A DNA stretch of 64,000 nt from Candidatus Saccharimonadota bacterium (GTDB taxonomy: Bacteria; Patescibacteriota; Saccharimonadia; Saccharimonadales; JACDBH01). This document shows, one piece after another, positions 60,083 through 64,000 of this stretch. Made by a program: the position numbers and the translations under genes. The first letter of the stretch is position 1, and every line of letters begins with the position of its first letter. The notes under the pieces are model-generated. The model ran no database searches, was not told the origin of the DNA, and was given only the letters and a program-made list of their open reading frames with translations. The DNA is taken from the NCBI GenBank assembly GCA_028289135.1, contig JAQGGW010000008.1:98385-162384 (forward strand), read 5' to 3'.

Positions 60083-60319
60083 CTAGCCAATCCGAATAAC
60101 TAGGCGCTTTTCAGTTTTAAGCTGTTTGGCGAGCTTGTATAGGTGAGGCCGCAAAGATCCGGCAAGGGCGGCCGAGCGGGTTGTAATAACAATCATGCGC
60201 TCTTGGACGGCAACGCCCACTTCTACGTTAAAGTGGCGCTGTACGTACTCTTTAATCTCGGTAACTTCGGGCGGCAACCCAAAATCTTTGTTCCCCATAA
60301 TGTCTGACAAGCTCTGCAT
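60083..60319 (-). CDS. DUF721/DciA-like small protein (tentative)
   Basis: ATG at 60319. MIVITTRSAALAGSLRPHLYKLAKQL...RLVIRIG resembles the DUF721 pattern. Confidence 0.45.
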   Translation of the reverse strand: MQSLSDIMGNKDFGLPPEVTEIKEYVQRHFNVEVGVAVQERMIVITTRSAALAGSLRPHLYKLAKQLKTEKRLVIRIG

Positions 60320-60411
60320 CCGTCTATTGTACCCGCTACTCAAAGAAACCGCTTGCATAAGCATTAACAAAAGTGCAGAATGAGCTTAATTAACTAAAAC
60401 GCAACAAAAAT

Positions 60412-61311
60412 ATGGTCATAATCTCGCCTGATACCAGGCATATGCCTGCTCCCGAACTCGAACTTGCTGGTCGAGTGGGGGAGAGAGGGCCCGAGGTAAA
60501 TTGCAGCGTTGTATTGGCAGACAGAGCGGACCCTACTGAAGCACAGACATTAGAACTTGTTGCTGGTTATGGTGGCCGTGCTCAACATTACTATCCGTTA
60601 CAAACTCATCTGGCAAGGCTTGGGGTAAATTCAATTTGTGTAGACCCTGTATATGCTCCGACCCGCGAACAAAACCGCCAACAGGCAAAGGCTTCAGAAG
60701 TTGGGCATGATTATATAAGAAAAGAGTATGGTATTGCCCCCGAGAACTTTTATGGTCACTCCTGGGGTGGGCAAAAACTGGCTTCCTGGCTTCGGCATGG
60801 TATCCCAGGTGCTAAACTAGCTATTTTTCACGCTACTTCTGGCATTGAAGATCCTATCAAAAATATGGTTACACACCCTTGGGATGCTATACGCCAAGGA
60901 TTCCATGAAATGAAAGGTGTTTTTAGGCCTGTAGCTGAACAAACCGATGAAGAAGGGCTGGAGCATGATTTATTATTCCCGTCACTAAAACCGGGCGAGT
61001 TTTTTGCTTTTTTACAGCAAGGATTTACGGCTGCTCACCATAGAAAATTGGTCGAACATCTCGGCAAGGTTAAGGCCAGACAAGAAGGTGTAACTACTGT
61101 GGGCCTATGGCCTGAACACGATCTGTTATTCAGGCTAAAAGAGCATAAAATTTTTGATTATAATCAGTCTTTGCCAAAGTCTGTTCATACAGAGCCGCAA
61201 GCCAATGCAAAGAGGATGGCAAAAGAACTTGCAGAAGTCATTGAGCTACGTCCTAAACTCGAGGAAGCCAAAGCCGTTGGGGCTGCCTTGCCCGAAAAAT
61301 TTGCAGCCTGA
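60412..61311 (+). CDS. alpha/beta hydrolase fold protein
   Basis: Nucleophile elbow GHSWGG. Function otherwise unknown. Confidence 0.6.
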   Translation: MVIISPDTRHMPAPELELAGRVGERGPEVNCSVVLADRADPTEAQTLELVAGYGGRAQHYYPLQTHLARLGVNSICVDPVYAPTREQNRQQAKASEVGHDYIRKEYGIAPENFYGHSWGGQKLASWLRHGIPGAKLAIFHATSGIEDPIKNMVTHPWDAIRQGFHEMKGVFRPVAEQTDEEGLEHDLLFPSLKPGEFFAFLQQGFTAAHHRKLVEHLGKVKARQEGVTTVGLWPEHDLLFRLKEHKIFDYNQSLPKSVHTEPQANAKRMAKELAEVIELRPKLEEAKAVGAALPEKFAA

Positions 61312-61317
61312 TACAAT
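61309..61317 (+). promoter_or_regulatory. extended -10 of mutM (leaderless candidate)
   Basis: TGaTACAAT spans the stop codon of the upstream gene. The ATG at 61324 follows after 6 nt. No RBS. Confidence 0.5.
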
Positions 61318-61323
61318 ATACGC

Positions 61324-62202
61324 ATGCCAGAGTTACCAGAGGTCGAAACAGTAAAACGCGGTTTGCGCCGCTTAATCGTGGGCAAAACTATTCAAGCTGA
61401 AACGCACAATAACGCAAAAAGTTTCCCCAATCCGCCTGGCGATGTGAAGGCGTTTTTGGTAGGCGCTAAAGTAAAAGATGTTCGGCGCCGGGCCAAGGTG
61501 CTATTAATTGATCTGAGCACCGGCTACACTTTAGTAATACATCTAAAAATGACTGGCCAAATGGTTTACCGCGGCAAAGAAGTTTTTGGGGCAGGGCATC
61601 CCAACGACAGCCTTATTGGCAAGCTCCCGGACAAATCAACACGCGTAGGTCTAACTTTTACAGACAATTCCCATCTGTTTTTTAATGACCAGCGCAAATT
61701 TGGCTGGATGCGTTTAATGCCCACGACTGAAGTACCCAACACTGAATTTATGAAAAAAGTCGGCCCGGAGCCGTTAGAAGACGCATTTACGCCTAAAATC
61801 TTTATCCAAAGAATCCGCAGGCGCGCCAACACCACGATAAAAGCTGCAATATTGGACCAAACAGTCTTGGCAGGAATCGGTAACATCTATGCCGACGAAA
61901 GCCTTTGGGGAGCCAAAATCCACCCGGCAGAACGAGTTAAAGATGTGCCGGACAGCAAGCTAAAAACCCTCCACAAGGAGATACGTTTTGTTTTAAACCT
62001 GTCGATTGAAAAAGGCGGCTCAACAGATAGAAATTACGTTAATGCCGAAGGCAAAAAGGGCAGTTACATCGACTTTGCCCGTGTTTTTAGGCAGGAAGGC
62101 AAAGACTGTCCGCGCCACCCCGGCGTTACGATCATTAAAACCCGTGTGGCAGGCCGCGGCACCCACACCTGCCCAGTTTGCCAGGTATTAAAGCTCGCTT
62201 AA
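61324..62202 (+). CDS. mutM: formamidopyrimidine-DNA glycosylase
   Basis: MPELPEVETV N-terminus, H2TH region, C-terminal zinc finger CPRH...CPVCQ. Confidence 0.93.
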   Translation: MPELPEVETVKRGLRRLIVGKTIQAETHNNAKSFPNPPGDVKAFLVGAKVKDVRRRAKVLLIDLSTGYTLVIHLKMTGQMVYRGKEVFGAGHPNDSLIGKLPDKSTRVGLTFTDNSHLFFNDQRKFGWMRLMPTTEVPNTEFMKKVGPEPLEDAFTPKIFIQRIRRRANTTIKAAILDQTVLAGIGNIYADESLWGAKIHPAERVKDVPDSKLKTLHKEIRFVLNLSIEKGGSTDRNYVNAEGKKGSYIDFARVFRQEGKDCPRHPGVTIIKTRVAGRGTHTCPVCQVLKLA

Positions 62203-64000
62203 GTCGCGCAGCAGTTCGTGAACGTGCTGGACATCTTTAATCCTAAATCGGGCTGCAGTTTTACCGCGCCCGACTTTTACAGAATATCCAGTGCGGGGCA
62301 TTGCCCTAAACATATCTTCGTCAGTGTAATCGTCGCCAATAGCCAAAATAAAATCGTGATGCGGCCTTAAGATCCGGCCAATAGTTGTCCCTTTTACCAG
62401 CTCTACAGGTTTTATCTCAAGTATTTTGTGCCCGCTATGCATAACCAGGCCGTATTTTTCCAGGGCTGGGCGCAATGCTTGACGCAAGATAACAATGTTT
62501 TTCTGGGCGTGGTAGGGCGATGCGTTGCGGTAATGCCAAACAAGAGCGTAATCTTTTTCTTCAACAAATGCGCCTGGAGTTTGGGCAGCGTATTTCTCCA
62601 GAGCCAATTTTAGAGGTACTTTCCATAACGTTGATGACTTGATCATTTCTTTCCATTCGCCGTTTCGCAGCTTCATGCTCGCGCCGTGTTCAGCCACCAG
62701 AACTACCGGCATATTCCCAAACCATTTTTGCAGTTCTTTTTGTGACCGTCCGCTAATAATAACAACTTCAGTTTTTGGGTCTTTGCTCAGGCTGCGCAAA
62801 AGTTCCCGTTGGTTTTTGTCGGGGCGGGCAGCGCTGGGGTCATTTACGAAAGTTGCCAATGTACCGTCATAATCAAGCATAATAAGGCGCTTTTTAGAGC
62901 GCGCAAAATGGTGCACAGCTTTATCATAAGTTTTGCCCGCTAGCTGTTTTGCGCCAACCTGAACCGTTGCAGGCTGTTCAAGCGTTTCCATAAATGTCTC
63001 CACCCAGTCATGGATCGTGTGGGTAGAAAGCTGCTTTTGCATGCGGCTAAGCCTTGGTTTAAGCTCGCTTTTTGGCATTGTAAGGGCTTTGGTCAGGCCT
63101 TTTACCAATGTACTTGGACGTTTTGGATTAACTAGCACGGCGTCGAGCAGCTCCTCGGCCGCCCCGGCGGTTTTGCTCAAAACCAGCACGCCGTTGCTGT
63201 TGCTGGCTATGTATTCTTTTGCCACCAGGTTCATGCCGTCTTTAACAGGGGCCACAAATGCTACATCGGCCACCTGGTACATGGCGCTTAACTCATCGAA
63301 AGGTACAGTTTTATGCATGTATTCAATAGGTTTCCAACGCGGCGTACCAAAAGACTCATTAATCTCAACCACCAGCGCTTCAACCTGTGCGCGTAAATCT
63401 TGGTAAGCTTTTATTTCGCCGCGGGTTGGGATGGCAAGCATGAGCATGACGACTTTCTTATGCAGCTGCGGGTTTTTCTTTAAAAGGGTTTTATACGCCG
63501 TAAGCCGCTCCACAAAGCCCTTGGTAATATCAAGCCGGTCGACTGTTACGATAACTTTGTGGTGTTTATGTTTACGCCTTAGTTTGCGGACAGCTTTTCT
63601 GACTTTGCGTGACTTATTGGCTTCGGCAAACTTGGCATAGTCGATGCCAATGGGGAAGTCGGCAACCTTAATAACGCGGTCGTTTAAGATGATCTGGCCC
63701 TCTGTCACTGTGCCAACATCAAGCTCGCTGCAGGTATCCAAAAAGTTTTGGACATAAGATGGCACATGGAACCCGACTACATCAGAGCCGAGCAAACCTT
63801 TTATAAGCTGTGAGCTTTCGGATAATTCCGCAAAGCGGTTGTTATCGGGGAAAGGGATATGCAAGAAAAAGCCAACCGAGAGTTTGGGGCTCTGTTCGCG
63901 CAGCATTTTTGGCACTAGCATTAGCTGGTAGTCGTGCACCCAGACATTACTGTCCGGCTTTACTTGCCCCAGTACCGCAGTTGTAAAAATATTATTTACT
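62188..64000 (-). CDS. otsA: fused trehalose-6-phosphate synthase/phosphatase (OtsA-OtsB), 5'-partial at window edge
   Basis: The frame stays open upstream of the track start to nt 63999 (...VNNIFTTAVLGQVKPDSNVWVHDYQLMLVP, the GT20 signature). The C-terminal HAD-type TPP domain has LIMLDYDGTLATF and GDDYTDEDMF. Overlaps the mutM 3' end by 15 nt. Confidence 0.85.
   Translation of the reverse strand, partial: VNNIFTTAVLGQVKPDSNVWVHDYQLMLVPKMLREQSPKLSVGFFLHIPFPDNNRFAELSESSQLIKGLLGSDVVGFHVPSYVQNFLDTCSELDVGTVTEGQIILNDRVIKVADFPIGIDYAKFAEANKSRKVRKAVRKLRRKHKHHKVIVTVDRLDITKGFVERLTAYKTLLKKNPQLHKKVVMLMLAIPTRGEIKAYQDLRAQVEALVVEINESFGTPRWKPIEYMHKTVPFDELSAMYQVADVAFVAPVKDGMNLVAKEYIASNSNGVLVLSKTAGAAEELLDAVLVNPKRPSTLVKGLTKALTMPKSELKPRLSRMQKQLSTHTIHDWVETFMETLEQPATVQVGAKQLAGKTYDKAVHHFARSKKRLIMLDYDGTLATFVNDPSAARPDKNQRELLRSLSKDPKTEVVIISGRSQKELQKWFGNMPVVLVAEHGASMKLRNGEWKEMIKSSTLWKVPLKLALEKYAAQTPGAFVEEKDYALVWHYRNASPYHAQKNIVILRQALRPALEKYGLVMHSGHKILEIKPVELVKGTTIGRILRPHHDFILAIGDDYTDEDMFRAMPRTGYSVKVGRGKTAARFRIKDVQHVHELLRDLSEL

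Overview
The window is a gene-dense stretch (about 78 protein genes, 5 tRNAs) of a small-genome bacterium. I saw no rRNA, CRISPR array, transposase or integrase. Most of it is housekeeping: valS, argS, tsaD, murE-like, groES/groEL with a CIRCE operator, dnaG-rpoD, polA, mutM, orn, msrB, mscL, sugar-phosphate enzymes, two ABC systems and a fused otsA-otsB. Several traits suggest a Patescibacteria/CPR organism, possibly Saccharibacteria-like. These are the VirB2/TrbC-like pilin paralogs, an LPXTG-like (LANTG) sorting signal, many small Pro/Thr-rich envelope proteins and very compact operons. This is inference only and needs a phylogenetic check.

The leads most worth following:
1. A tandem array of five T4SS-pilin-like genes (1-2355) with a near-invariant C-terminal TM hairpin and unrelated Cys-paired variable regions.
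2. A tandemly duplicated pair of large repeat proteins with no signal peptide (14746-18103). The duplication carried along a relic of the murE 3' end plus its promoter.
3. tRNA-fragment scars and palindromes around a Ser/Arg tRNA cluster, including a tRNA-Arg with a genomic GCG anticodon.
4. A DnaG in which all four zinc ligands are replaced.
5. AT-rich orphan genes: 41488-42450 next to a TrmB regulator with GGCAA repeats, and an orphan three-gene operon at 48123-50289 opposite a GGDEF cyclase.
6. A recurrent -10 box 6-9 nt from the ATG with no RBS, implying many leaderless mRNAs.

All functional calls rest on motifs read by eye from the ORF translations. No database search was run.
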